Assembly (NCBI GenBank): GCA_040382135.1
Contig: JBEIGA010000001.1
Span: forward strand, 1-50,817
Source: Acidimicrobiales bacterium
GTDB lineage: Bacteria > Actinomycetota > Acidimicrobiia > Acidimicrobiales > JBEIGA01
Direction of reading: 5' to 3'
Length of the DNA: 50,817 bases
The position numbers were made by a program, and so were the translations under genes. How positions within the stretch are numbered: position 1 is the first letter of the stretch; each line of letters begins with the position of its first letter. The notes beneath the pieces are model-generated. The model did not search any database. It was not told the origin of the DNA and worked only from the letters and a program-made list of their open reading frames with translations. Positions 43,616 through 50,817 of the stretch are shown piece by piece.

Positions 43616-46600
43616 TCAGCTTGCGGTGCCGGTGACGGGTGGGGTCTTGTCGCTGCGGTTGCCGGCGACGTCGACGGCTCGGATGTCGTAGGTGTACGTG
43701 CCGGGGGCGAGGCCGGTGTTGGTCCAGGTGGTCGCTGTGGTGAAGCCGACGTAGGCGCCGTTGCGGTAGAGCAGGTAGCCGGAGAGAGCCCGGTCGTCGA
43801 CCACGGGGTTCCAGGTGAGCGTGACCTGACCCACGCCGCCCGTGGTGGTGAGGCCGGTCGGGACCGGCGGCGGTGTGGTGTCCGCGGTGCCCACCTGGAC
43901 GGTGACCGGCGGGGTCTTGCCGCTCCGGTTGCCCGCCGCGTCCTCGGCGCGCACCTCGTAGGTCCAGGGCCCGTCGGGGACGGCGATGTCGGTGAAGGTG
44001 GTCCCGGCGGTCCAGCCTCGGTAGGCGCCGTTGCGGTAGACGAGGTAGGAGGTGACGCCCCGGTCGTCGGTCGAGGCGGTCCAGCCGAGCGTCACGGTGG
44101 TGCCGTCGACGTTCGCGGTGAGACCGGTGGGGACCGACGGCGGGGTGGTGTCGGGGGCCTCGGCGACGGTGACGTCGACCCCGGTGGTGAGGGGGCTGCG
44201 GTTGCCGGCGGCGTCCTCGGCCTGGACCTGGTAGCGGTAGGTGCCGATGGCGAGTGGGCTGTCGGTGTAGGTGGGCGTCGGCGAGCTGCCGAGGAACGCG
44301 CCGTCACGGAAGACCCGGTAGGCGGTGACGCCGCGGTCGTCGGTGGATGCCGTCCAGGTCAGGCTCACCGAGTCGGTGGAGCCGGTGCCGGCGAGGCCGG
44401 TCGGGGTGCTGGGTGGCGTGGTGTCCGGGGGCAGCACGGTCACGGTGACGGGGAGCGACTCCGGGCTGCGGTTGCCGGCGGCGTCGACGGCGCTGATGGT
44501 GAAGGTGTGGGTCCCGGGCAGGGCGGCGACGGTCGCGGTCGTCGTCGGTGCCACCACGTTGGCGACGTCGACGCCGTCCTCGCGGACCACGTAGCCCGTC
44601 ACCGCCCGGTTGTCGGTGGCCGCGGTCCACGACAGTGCCACGGTGGCGGCTTGCGCCTGGGCGCTGACGTCGGTCGGCGCCGTCGGCGGGGTGACGTCCG
44701 CGACGGGCGCGCCGGCGCGGTGGTGGGCGGCGATCTGCTGGGGGCTGAGCACGGTGGGGTAGACGGCGACCACGTCGATCGCGCCGTTCAGCGCCTGGGC
44801 GCGCCCGGAGCTGCCGGCCCCGATGAGGAGCGGTTGGGTCTGGTTGGCGACGGTGATGGTGGTGGTGAGCACGGGCTTGCCGTCGAGGTAGACGGTGGTG
44901 CCGTTCGTGACGCCGGAGCGGAAGGTCATGGCCACGTGATGCCACTGGCCGTCGGCGATCGGGATGCCGGTGGTCCGATCGCCCGCTGCGCCGCCCCAGC
45001 TGTAGCTGCCGAGCATGCCGTTGCGGACGAACAGCCCGTACGCGTTCTGCTTGACGACGATGCCGCGGTAGTCGGTGCCGGGGTTCGTGGTGCGGACCCA
45101 GGCCTCGATGGAGCCTTCGGCGAGCTGGAGGGATGCGGGGTTGCTGGTCATGACGACACCCGAGGTCGTTCCGCTGAACGTGGCGGCGGTGTCGGTCGAG
45201 CCGGTGATCCCGCCGGGGGTGCCGAGGGTGGCCTGCGCGTAGGTGCCGACGGCGCCGCCGGTGATCGTGTTCGTGGCGGTGGTGCCGCTCGCCTCGCCGA
45301 GTCGCCAGTAGCCGACCGGTGCGTCAGCGAGCACGGCGGTGCGGTGGTCGAGCGGGGTCGCGGTGACGGGGGTGGACCATGCGGTGGTGCCGGCGATCGC
45401 AACGCGGAGCTCGTAGGTGGTGCCGTTGGTGAGGCCCTCGACGGTGGCCGTGGTGGCCGGGCTCACGAGATCGGAGACCGTGGACCAGGTCGTCGACCCT
45501 GCGGTGCGGATCTGGATCGTGTAGTCGGTGACGGGGGTCGGGGACGACGCTGCCTCCCAGGTCAGCATCACGTACCCGTTGCCGGTCTCGGCGCGGAGGA
45601 CGCCGGGGACGCCGGGTGCGGTGGAGCCGGCGCGGTGGTGGGCGGCGATCCGCTGTGGTGTGAGGACCGCGGGGTGGACGCTGACCTCGTCGATGGTGCC
45701 GGCGAACCGGGCGGTGCCGTTCGGGCCGGAACCGATGTGCAGCGGCTGGGCCTGGTCGGCGACGGTGACGGTGGTGGTGAGCACGGGCTGGCCGTCGAGG
45801 TAGATGATGGTGCCGTTGGTGACGCCGGAGCGGAAGGTCACGGCGACGTGGTGCCAGCGTCCGTCGGCGATGTTCCTGCCCGAGTCGCGCACCGCGCCGG
45901 TGCCGTAGTCGCGCACGGCGAGGGTGCCGTCGTCGAGGTGCAGGTCCCACGCGCCCGGCTTCGCGACGAGGACGCGGGTCCCGGTCCCGGGTGCGGTGGT
46001 CCGCACCCACGCGGTGACGGTGCCATCGGTGAGCTGCAGGGCCGGGGCGTCGGCGGCGACGGCGATCGAGGTGGCGCCGTCGAAGCCGAACGCGGTGTCG
46101 GCCGATCCGGCCGGTGCGCCGGGCTGGCCGAGGGCCACCGACGTGAGCGCTGCCGCCGTGGCCGCTCCGGTGGTGCTGGCCGCCATGGTGCCGGACTGCT
46201 CGCCGAAGCGCCAGTGGGCGACCGGCGCGTCGACGGCGATCGCGGCGGGGAGATCGGCGGGGACGGCGGTCACGGCGGGCGACTGCGCGCCGGTCCCGGC
46301 GATGGTCACCCCGGCGACGCGGAACTCGTAGGTGCGACCGTTGTCGAGCCCCCGGACGGTCGCCGTGGTCGCCGCGGTGACGCCGTCGTCGGCGGTGGTC
46401 CAGGTGGAGGTGCCGGTGGCGCGGTAGCGGACGACGTAGTCGGTCACCGTGCCGGGGGTCGCGGACGCGGTCCAGGTCAGTGCGACGTCGCCGTTGCCGG
46501 GGATCGCCACGACATCGGTGGGGGCGGGGGGTGGCGGGGTGGCGCAGAAGCGGGCGAAGCCGCGGGCGAAGACCCGTCCGCCGGACTCGTAGAAGCCGCC

Positions 46601-48715
46601 GTCGACGATGTCGCCACCGGCCCAGACGCAGCCGCGGTCGTCGGTGGCCACGGAGAACGCCCCGTCGACACCGCCGCCGATGTCGGGGTTCCACGGCTCG
46701 AACAGCGCCCCGTTGTCGGCGCGGTAGGCCTGGATCACGATGTGGTCCGTGAACCGCTGGGTGGCCGACGACCAGTGGGCGTTCGGTTGCCGGCGGTTGC
46801 AGTGGCAGCCGGAGAAGATCCAGTCGCCGATCTTCTCGACGAACTGGAAGTCACCGCCGAGGCCGTTGCCGCTCCATTGGGCCGGATAGGTCCAGGGGTT
46901 GCCGTAGCCGGAGGTCTCCCAGCTCAGGATCGCTCGGGTCAACGGGTTCAGACGTGCGAGGACGTGCTCCGAGCCGGCGGTGTACAGCGCGCCGCCGGCG
47001 GCCTCCACGTCGTAGATGTCGATCTGGGAGCTGTTGCGGGCTGTCGGTGCCGTCGTGGCCAACGCCCCCGAGATGCGGTCGACGGTGGCGATCCGGGCGG
47101 TGTTGGCCGCCCCCTCGACGCTCGAGAACCAACCGCCCAGGTGGACGAGGTCGGCCGCGGTGTCCACGCCGATGCCCCACACGGATCCACCGTTCACCCG
47201 CGGGATCCAGGTGGGGTCGACCACGCCGGTTGCGGTGGTGAGGCGGGCGGCGTTGTAGAAGCGGGTCGCGGTCACGCCGTCGCCGATGTGGCTGAAGGCG
47301 CCGCCGAGGTAGACGGTGGGGCCGACGACTTCGAGCTCGCGCACGATGACCCGGTCGGTGGTGTTGCGTCGTTCGACCCGCACGGTGGTGGTCGGGTCCA
47401 CGCCGCCGGTCGCGGGGTCGATCACGGCGAACGCCGTCGTGTTCGCCGCGCCGTTCACCGAGGTGAACTCGCCGCCGACCAGGAGCCGGCCCTGGTCGTC
47501 GACCTCGAGTGCGTGGACGTTGCCGTTCAGCACCGGCCGCCAACTGCTGTCCCAGACACCGTCGGCGACGCTGAAGCGGGCGAGGTACGCCTGGGCGTGG
47601 GTGGTGACCTCGTCCGGGGCGATCACCCGGTTGAACTCGCCGCCCACGTACATCCACTCGTCGATCTGCTGCATGTCCCAGACGGTGACGTCGAGCGATG
47701 TGGAGGAGTCGGTGGGGTTGCCGCCGCTGATCTTGGTGCTCGCGTTCGCGCCGATCACGCCCCACGACGCGGTGGGCCGGTTCGAGACCCGGGTCATGTC
47801 GACCGCGGGGTGCTCCGAGGGCACCCCCGCCGCCGGTCCGCCCGAGACCACCAGGACGAACTTGGCGGTGTGGGTGCGGCCGCTGCCGCCGGTGTCCGTG
47901 GCGGCGAGCGACGCCGTCCAACGGCCCGTCGTCGTGGTCGCACCGGTCAACCGACCGGTGGTCGGGTCGACCGTGAACCCGGCCGGCAGCCCCCGGACCT
48001 CCCAGGTCAGGCCGGCCGGGCCGTAGCCGGTCGGTTCGATGTCGACCTGCTCACCCGGCTCGACCGACTGGTCGCCGGGATCGGCCACGTACACGTGGGC
48101 GGGATCGGTCCGCAGTTCGATCTCCGCGACCGACACGCGGGTGCTGACCGGCCCCTGCACCCGCACGTAGCGCACGCCGAGATCGAGCGTGATCGTGACG
48201 CCCCCCGAGGTGACGCCGAGGGGCGTGACCGTCACGCCCGGCTGCCCCGTCGCCTGGGCGACCGTGGAGCCGGGGATGCCCCGATCGTCGCCGGTGATCA
48301 GGGTCAGGCCGGTGGAGCTCGACGTGACCCGCACCGTCCGGATGTGGGTCACGCTCTCCAGGTCGAGCAGGAGGTGCGGTTCCGTCCCGGTCTTGAGCCC
48401 GCTGGTGGCGATCGTGCCGAGGTTGTCGTCGATGGCGAACGCGGGCGCGGTGCTGCCCGAACCGGCGGGGTTGAACGACGGCACGGCGTAGCCGGACCAG
48501 TCGAGATCGTCGGCGACGCCGGCCGAGGCGCCGTCGCGCAACACCACCGAGGTCCCGACCGCCGCAGCGACGAGCAGCACCAGCGCCACGACCGTCCCGA
48601 GACGACCACGGGTCCCACGCCGACTGCGCAACGACCGCCTGATGCCAGCCACCGGAACTCCTTGCCGTTGTTCGACGGACCGCTGTTCGTCGGGTGCGCG
48701 CGGTCCGGCGCGCAT
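43616..48715 (-). CDS. giant (1699 aa) secreted/anchored multidomain protein: N-terminal TM anchor, discoidin-like domain, Ig-like domain, ~7-blade propeller, 2 x (FN3 + LamG/ConA-like lectin), 4 x FN3
   Basis: A single uninterrupted ORF.
- Hydrophobic segment at aa 41-58 after an Arg-rich N-terminus.
- Ig-like motif LTWEVRGLPAGFTVDPTTGRLTG.
- Recurrent [YL]xGGxF blades at ~56-aa period (aa ~340-725).
- FN3 modules with (L/V)(S/T/G)W(T/N)...Y.(V/L)(Y/F/R)R..G...AGN(R/S) patterns.
- Two LamG-like modules ending IAAHHRAG. Confidence 0.85.
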   Translation of the reverse strand: MRAGPRAPDEQRSVEQRQGVPVAGIRRSLRSRRGTRGRLGTVVALVLLVAAAVGTSVVLRDGASAGVADDLDWSGYAVPSFNPAGSGSTAPAFAIDDNLGTIATSGLKTGTEPHLLLDLESVTHIRTVRVTSSSTGLTLITGDDRGIPGSTVAQATGQPGVTVTPLGVTSGGVTITLDLGVRYVRVQGPVSTRVSVAEIELRTDPAHVYVADPGDQSVEPGEQVDIEPTGYGPAGLTWEVRGLPAGFTVDPTTGRLTGATTTTGRWTASLAATDTGGSGRTHTAKFVLVVSGGPAAGVPSEHPAVDMTRVSNRPTASWGVIGANASTKISGGNPTDSSTSLDVTVWDMQQIDEWMYVGGEFNRVIAPDEVTTHAQAYLARFSVADGVWDSSWRPVLNGNVHALEVDDQGRLLVGGEFTSVNGAANTTAFAVIDPATGGVDPTTTVRVERRNTTDRVIVRELEVVGPTVYLGGAFSHIGDGVTATRFYNAARLTTATGVVDPTWIPRVNGGSVWGIGVDTAADLVHLGGWFSSVEGAANTARIATVDRISGALATTAPTARNSSQIDIYDVEAAGGALYTAGSEHVLARLNPLTRAILSWETSGYGNPWTYPAQWSGNGLGGDFQFVEKIGDWIFSGCHCNRRQPNAHWSSATQRFTDHIVIQAYRADNGALFEPWNPDIGGGVDGAFSVATDDRGCVWAGGDIVDGGFYESGGRVFARGFARFCATPPPPAPTDVVAIPGNGDVALTWTASATPGTVTDYVVRYRATGTSTWTTADDGVTAATTATVRGLDNGRTYEFRVAGVTIAGTGAQSPAVTAVPADLPAAIAVDAPVAHWRFGEQSGTMAASTTGAATAAALTSVALGQPGAPAGSADTAFGFDGATSIAVAADAPALQLTDGTVTAWVRTTAPGTGTRVLVAKPGAWDLHLDDGTLAVRDYGTGAVRDSGRNIADGRWHHVAVTFRSGVTNGTIIYLDGQPVLTTTVTVADQAQPLHIGSGPNGTARFAGTIDEVSVHPAVLTPQRIAAHHRAGSTAPGVPGVLRAETGNGYVMLTWEAASSPTPVTDYTIQIRTAGSTTWSTVSDLVSPATTATVEGLTNGTTYELRVAIAGTTAWSTPVTATPLDHRTAVLADAPVGYWRLGEASGTTATNTITGGAVGTYAQATLGTPGGITGSTDTAATFSGTTSGVVMTSNPASLQLAEGSIEAWVRTTNPGTDYRGIVVKQNAYGLFVRNGMLGSYSWGGAAGDRTTGIPIADGQWHHVAMTFRSGVTNGTTVYLDGKPVLTTTITVANQTQPLLIGAGSSGRAQALNGAIDVVAVYPTVLSPQQIAAHHRAGAPVADVTPPTAPTDVSAQAQAATVALSWTAATDNRAVTGYVVREDGVDVANVVAPTTTATVAALPGTHTFTISAVDAAGNRSPESLPVTVTVLPPDTTPPSTPTGLAGTGSTDSVSLTWTASTDDRGVTAYRVFRDGAFLGSSPTPTYTDSPLAIGTYRYQVQAEDAAGNRSPLTTGVDVTVAEAPDTTPPSVPTGLTANVDGTTVTLGWTASTDDRGVTSYLVYRNGAYRGWTAGTTFTDIAVPDGPWTYEVRAEDAAGNRSGKTPPVTVQVGTADTTPPPVPTGLTTTGGVGQVTLTWNPVVDDRALSGYLLYRNGAYVGFTTATTWTNTGLAPGTYTYDIRAVDVAGNRSDKTPPVTGTAS
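43619..44698. repeat. four tandem ~270-bp FN3-encoding modules (aa ~1340-1699 of the giant protein), each beginning D(T/V)TPPxxPT
   Basis: The protein-level period is ~90 aa, with the conserved DTTPPSVPTGL...VTL.WTASTDDRGVT.Y.VYRNGAY...AEDAAGNRS. Confidence 0.85.
44702..46537. repeat. internal tandem duplication: two ~915-bp FN3+LamG cassettes (46537-45617 and 45616-44702 on the minus strand)
   Basis: aa 727-1033 and aa 1034-1338 align end to end. There are near-identical stretches such as WHHVA(V/M)TFRSGVTNGT..YLDG(Q/K)PVLTTT, and both cassettes end ...IAAHHRAG. Confidence 0.85.
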
Positions 48716-48773
48716 CCCGACAGCGTGGCCCGGCGCAGCCCGGCGCCGCCTGAGTCGTCCGGATCCTTCGGAG

Positions 48774-48787
48774 GGGCCGTTCGGCCC
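48774..48787 (-). terminator. GGGCC-GTTC-GGCCC hairpin 2 nt downstream of the paralog-2 stop
   Basis: Same stem as the 43599-43612 hairpin, with one loop substitution. It lies in the 74-bp spacer between the two paralogs. Confidence 0.35.
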
Positions 48788-48789
48788 GA

Positions 48790-50817
48790 TCAGCCCGCGG
48801 TGCCGCTGACGGGCGGGGTCTTATCGCTGCGGTTGCCGGCGGCGTCCTGGGCTCGGACCTCGTAGCGGTAGGTGCCCGGCGCGAGACCGGTGTCGGTGAA
48901 CGTGGTCGAGGTGCTCCAGCCCCGGTAGGCGCCGTCGCGGTAGACGAGGTAGCCGGTGACGGCACGGTCGTCCGTGGCCGCGGTCCAGGAGAGCGTGACC
49001 TGGCCGCCCCCGTCGGTCGCGACCAGATCGGTCGGGACGCCCGGTGGGGTGGTGTCCGCGGCGCCGACCTGGACGGTGACCGCCGGGGTCTTGTCGCTGC
49101 GGTTCTCGGCGGCATCGACCGCCCGGACCTCGAACGCGTAGGCGCCCGGAGTGAGTCCGGAACTGGTGAAGGTCGTCGACGGCGTGAAGCCCTGGTACGC
49201 ACCGTTGCGGTAGACGAGGTAGCCGGTGACGGCACGGTCGTCCGTGGCCGGGGTCCAGGTGAGGGTGACCGAGTCCGGGCCCGCCGTGCCGGCGAGGTCG
49301 GTCGGGACGCTCGGTGGCGTGGTGTCGGCGGTCCCCACCTGGACCGTCACCGTGTCGGTCGGGTCACTCCGGTTCCCGGCCCCGTCCACCGCTCGGAGGG
49401 TGTACGAGAAGGCAGCCGGGGCGAGGCCGGTGTCGGTGTACGTGGTCGCCCTGGTCCAGCCGACGTAGGCGCCGTCGCGGTAGACGAGGTAGCTGTCCAC
49501 CCCCCGGTCGTCGGTGGAGGCGGTCCAGACGAGCGTCACCGAGTCCGCTCCCGCGGTGCCTGTGAGCCCGGCGGGCACCGTGGGCGGCTCGAGGTCGGAC
49601 CCGCCGACGGTCACGGTCACCGAGGGGTTGTTGAACGAGCTGCGGCCCCGGGTGTCCTCGGTCCGGACCTCGTACACGTGAACCATGCCCGCGGTGCGGC
49701 CGGTGTCGGTCCAGGTCGTGGTGCCGGAGGGGACCTCGGCGACGCGGATGCCGTCGCGGTACACGATGGTCGCCCGGAGGTCCGGCATCGACGGCTGGTT
49801 CCAGGAGAGGGTGACCGACGTCGCCACGCTGACGCCGGCGAGTTCCGTCGGCGCAGCCGGAGCGCTCGTCGCGCAGAACCGTGCGAACCCACGCGCGAAG
49901 ACGCGGCCGCCGGGTTCGTGGAAGCCGCCGTCCACGATGTCGCCCCCGATCCAGAGACAGCCTCGGGTGTCGGTGGCCGCGGTCCAGCCGCCGTCGACGC
50001 CGCCACCGACGTCGGCGTTCCACGCCTCCTCCAGGCCGCCGTCGGCGACGCGGTAGGCGTTGACCGTGATGTGGTCGGTGTATCGGCGCGAGACGGAGGA
50101 CCAGTGGGCGTTCGACACCGGACGGTTGCAGTGGCAGCCCGCGTACACGAAGTCGCCGATCTTCTCGGCGAACTGGAAGTCGCCGCCGAGCCCGTTCCCG
50201 CACCACCGGGTCACCGCCTGGTCCGGGCAGCCGTGCCCGGCGGCGTTCCAGGCGACGGCCTGGCGGGTGAGGGCGTTCCAGACCACGAGCACGTGCTCGG
50301 AGCCGGCCATCCACATCCGGCCCGGGGTGGCCTCCACGTCGTAGACGTCGATCTGGCTGCCGTTCCGGGTGATGGCCGTGGTGTTCGCGACCGCACCCGA
50401 CTCCATCGTGACCGTCCCGAGCCGGGCCGTGCCGGGCTTGCTGTCGATGCTGCTGAACCAGCCGGCGAGGTGCACCAGGTTGGTGGTGGTGTCGACGCCG
50501 ATGCCCCAGACGGAGCCACCGGTGACCTTGGGGAGCCAGGTCGGGTCGACCGTGCCGCTCCGGTTGGTCACCCGGGCCGCGCTGTAGACGCGGGTCGCGG
50601 CGCCACCGTGGCTGCTGACATGGCTGAACTTGCCGCCGATGTACAGGTGGGTGCCCACGACCTCGAGTTCCCGCACCACGGGCGCGAGGTTGGAGAGACG
50701 GCGCTCGACCCGTGTCGTGAAGAGGGTGGTGTCGACCCGCCCGGTGGCGGGATCGATGGCGGCGAGCGCTGCGGTGCCGGCGGTCCCGTCGATCGAGGTG
50801 AACTCGCCGCCGACGAG
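48790..50817 (-). CDS. paralog of the giant surface protein (5'-truncated by the window edge): propeller + 4 x FN3, no LamG cassettes
   Basis: The frame stays open past the track's internal Met at 50679 to the window end. Upstream codons translate to ...LVGGEFTSIDGTAGTAALAAIDPATGRVD..., colinear with aa ~411-440 of the first protein. It shares the CHCN and GRVFARGFARFC motifs and the FN3 tail ending PPVSGTAG. Confidence 0.85.
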   Translation of the reverse strand, partial: LVGGEFTSIDGTAGTAALAAIDPATGRVDTTLFTTRVERRLSNLAPVVRELEVVGTHLYIGGKFSHVSSHGGAATRVYSAARVTNRSGTVDPTWLPKVTGGSVWGIGVDTTTNLVHLAGWFSSIDSKPGTARLGTVTMESGAVANTTAITRNGSQIDVYDVEATPGRMWMAGSEHVLVVWNALTRQAVAWNAAGHGCPDQAVTRWCGNGLGGDFQFAEKIGDFVYAGCHCNRPVSNAHWSSVSRRYTDHITVNAYRVADGGLEEAWNADVGGGVDGGWTAATDTRGCLWIGGDIVDGGFHEPGGRVFARGFARFCATSAPAAPTELAGVSVATSVTLSWNQPSMPDLRATIVYRDGIRVAEVPSGTTTWTDTGRTAGMVHVYEVRTEDTRGRSSFNNPSVTVTVGGSDLEPPTVPAGLTGTAGADSVTLVWTASTDDRGVDSYLVYRDGAYVGWTRATTYTDTGLAPAAFSYTLRAVDGAGNRSDPTDTVTVQVGTADTTPPSVPTDLAGTAGPDSVTLTWTPATDDRAVTGYLVYRNGAYQGFTPSTTFTSSGLTPGAYAFEVRAVDAAENRSDKTPAVTVQVGAADTTPPGVPTDLVATDGGGQVTLSWTAATDDRAVTGYLVYRDGAYRGWSTSTTFTDTGLAPGTYRYEVRAQDAAGNRSDKTPPVSGTAG
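48793..49870. repeat. four tandem ~270-bp FN3-encoding modules in paralog 2
   Basis: ~90-aa period. Modules 2-4 begin D(L/T)(E/T)PP.VP(A/T)(G/D)L and are closely similar to modules 2-4 of the first gene at both protein and DNA level. Confidence 0.8.

Noticed and set aside
44507-48865. 1452-aa ORF on the + strand, the second-longest in the track
   Set aside because: It is exactly antisense to the giant minus-strand gene. Its translation is Gly/Arg/Asp/Val low-complexity with no domain pattern, while the minus-strand frame gives clean FN3/LamG/propeller modules. It is a high-GC antisense open-frame artefact.

Overview
Very GC-rich (roughly 70% by eye) chromosomal segment. Gene content points to Actinomycetota: MtrAB-like two-component system, DUF3040, SepF, DivIVA/Wag31 and the proteasome activator Bpa. 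I cannot resolve the taxon further without a search.

Almost the whole window is core housekeeping.
- 1-13.6 kb: two sugar/glycerol kinases, an aminotransferase, PfkA, the MtrA/MtrB-like system with a short GerMN lipoprotein, an IMPase, Ppm1, and an HTH-NUDIX-DinB operon.
- 13.7-18.2 kb: the widespread MoxR / DUF58 / transglutaminase trio.
- 20.3-38.8 kb: a complete division and cell-wall (dcw) cluster. The order is mraZ-rsmH-ftsL-ftsI-murE-mraY-murD-ftsW-murG-murC-murB-ftsQ-ftsZ, then pgeF-yggS-sepF-divIVA.
- 38.9-43.6 kb: a DksA-like protein, lspA, rluD, an Rrf2 regulator, an alkaline-phosphatase-family protein and bpa.
- 43.6-50.8 kb: the only accessory-looking part. It holds two tandem paralogous genes for giant secreted or anchored multidomain proteins; the second is cut by the window edge.

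I found no rRNA, tRNA, CRISPR array, transposase, integrase or recognisable defence island. I do not see convincing evidence for a wholly new multi-gene system.

The observations most worth a second look are:
1. The paralogous giant propeller/FN3/LamG surface proteins and their cassette structure.
2. A 108-nt element with a 20-bp stem in the long mraZ-rsmH spacer, a candidate mraW RNA motif.
3. Three GTGGAG boxes phased at exactly 10 bp on the dcw promoter, a likely MraZ operator.
4. A dcw cluster lacking murF and yggT.
5. A DksA/TraR-like protein that has lost 3 of 4 zinc cysteines and carries a long PAKAA histone-like repeat.
6. A translationally coupled NUDIX-DinB pair.

All family calls come from motif recognition by eye. 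No HMM or BLAST search was run. Many long ORFs in the supplied track are antisense or out-of-frame artefacts of the high GC content.
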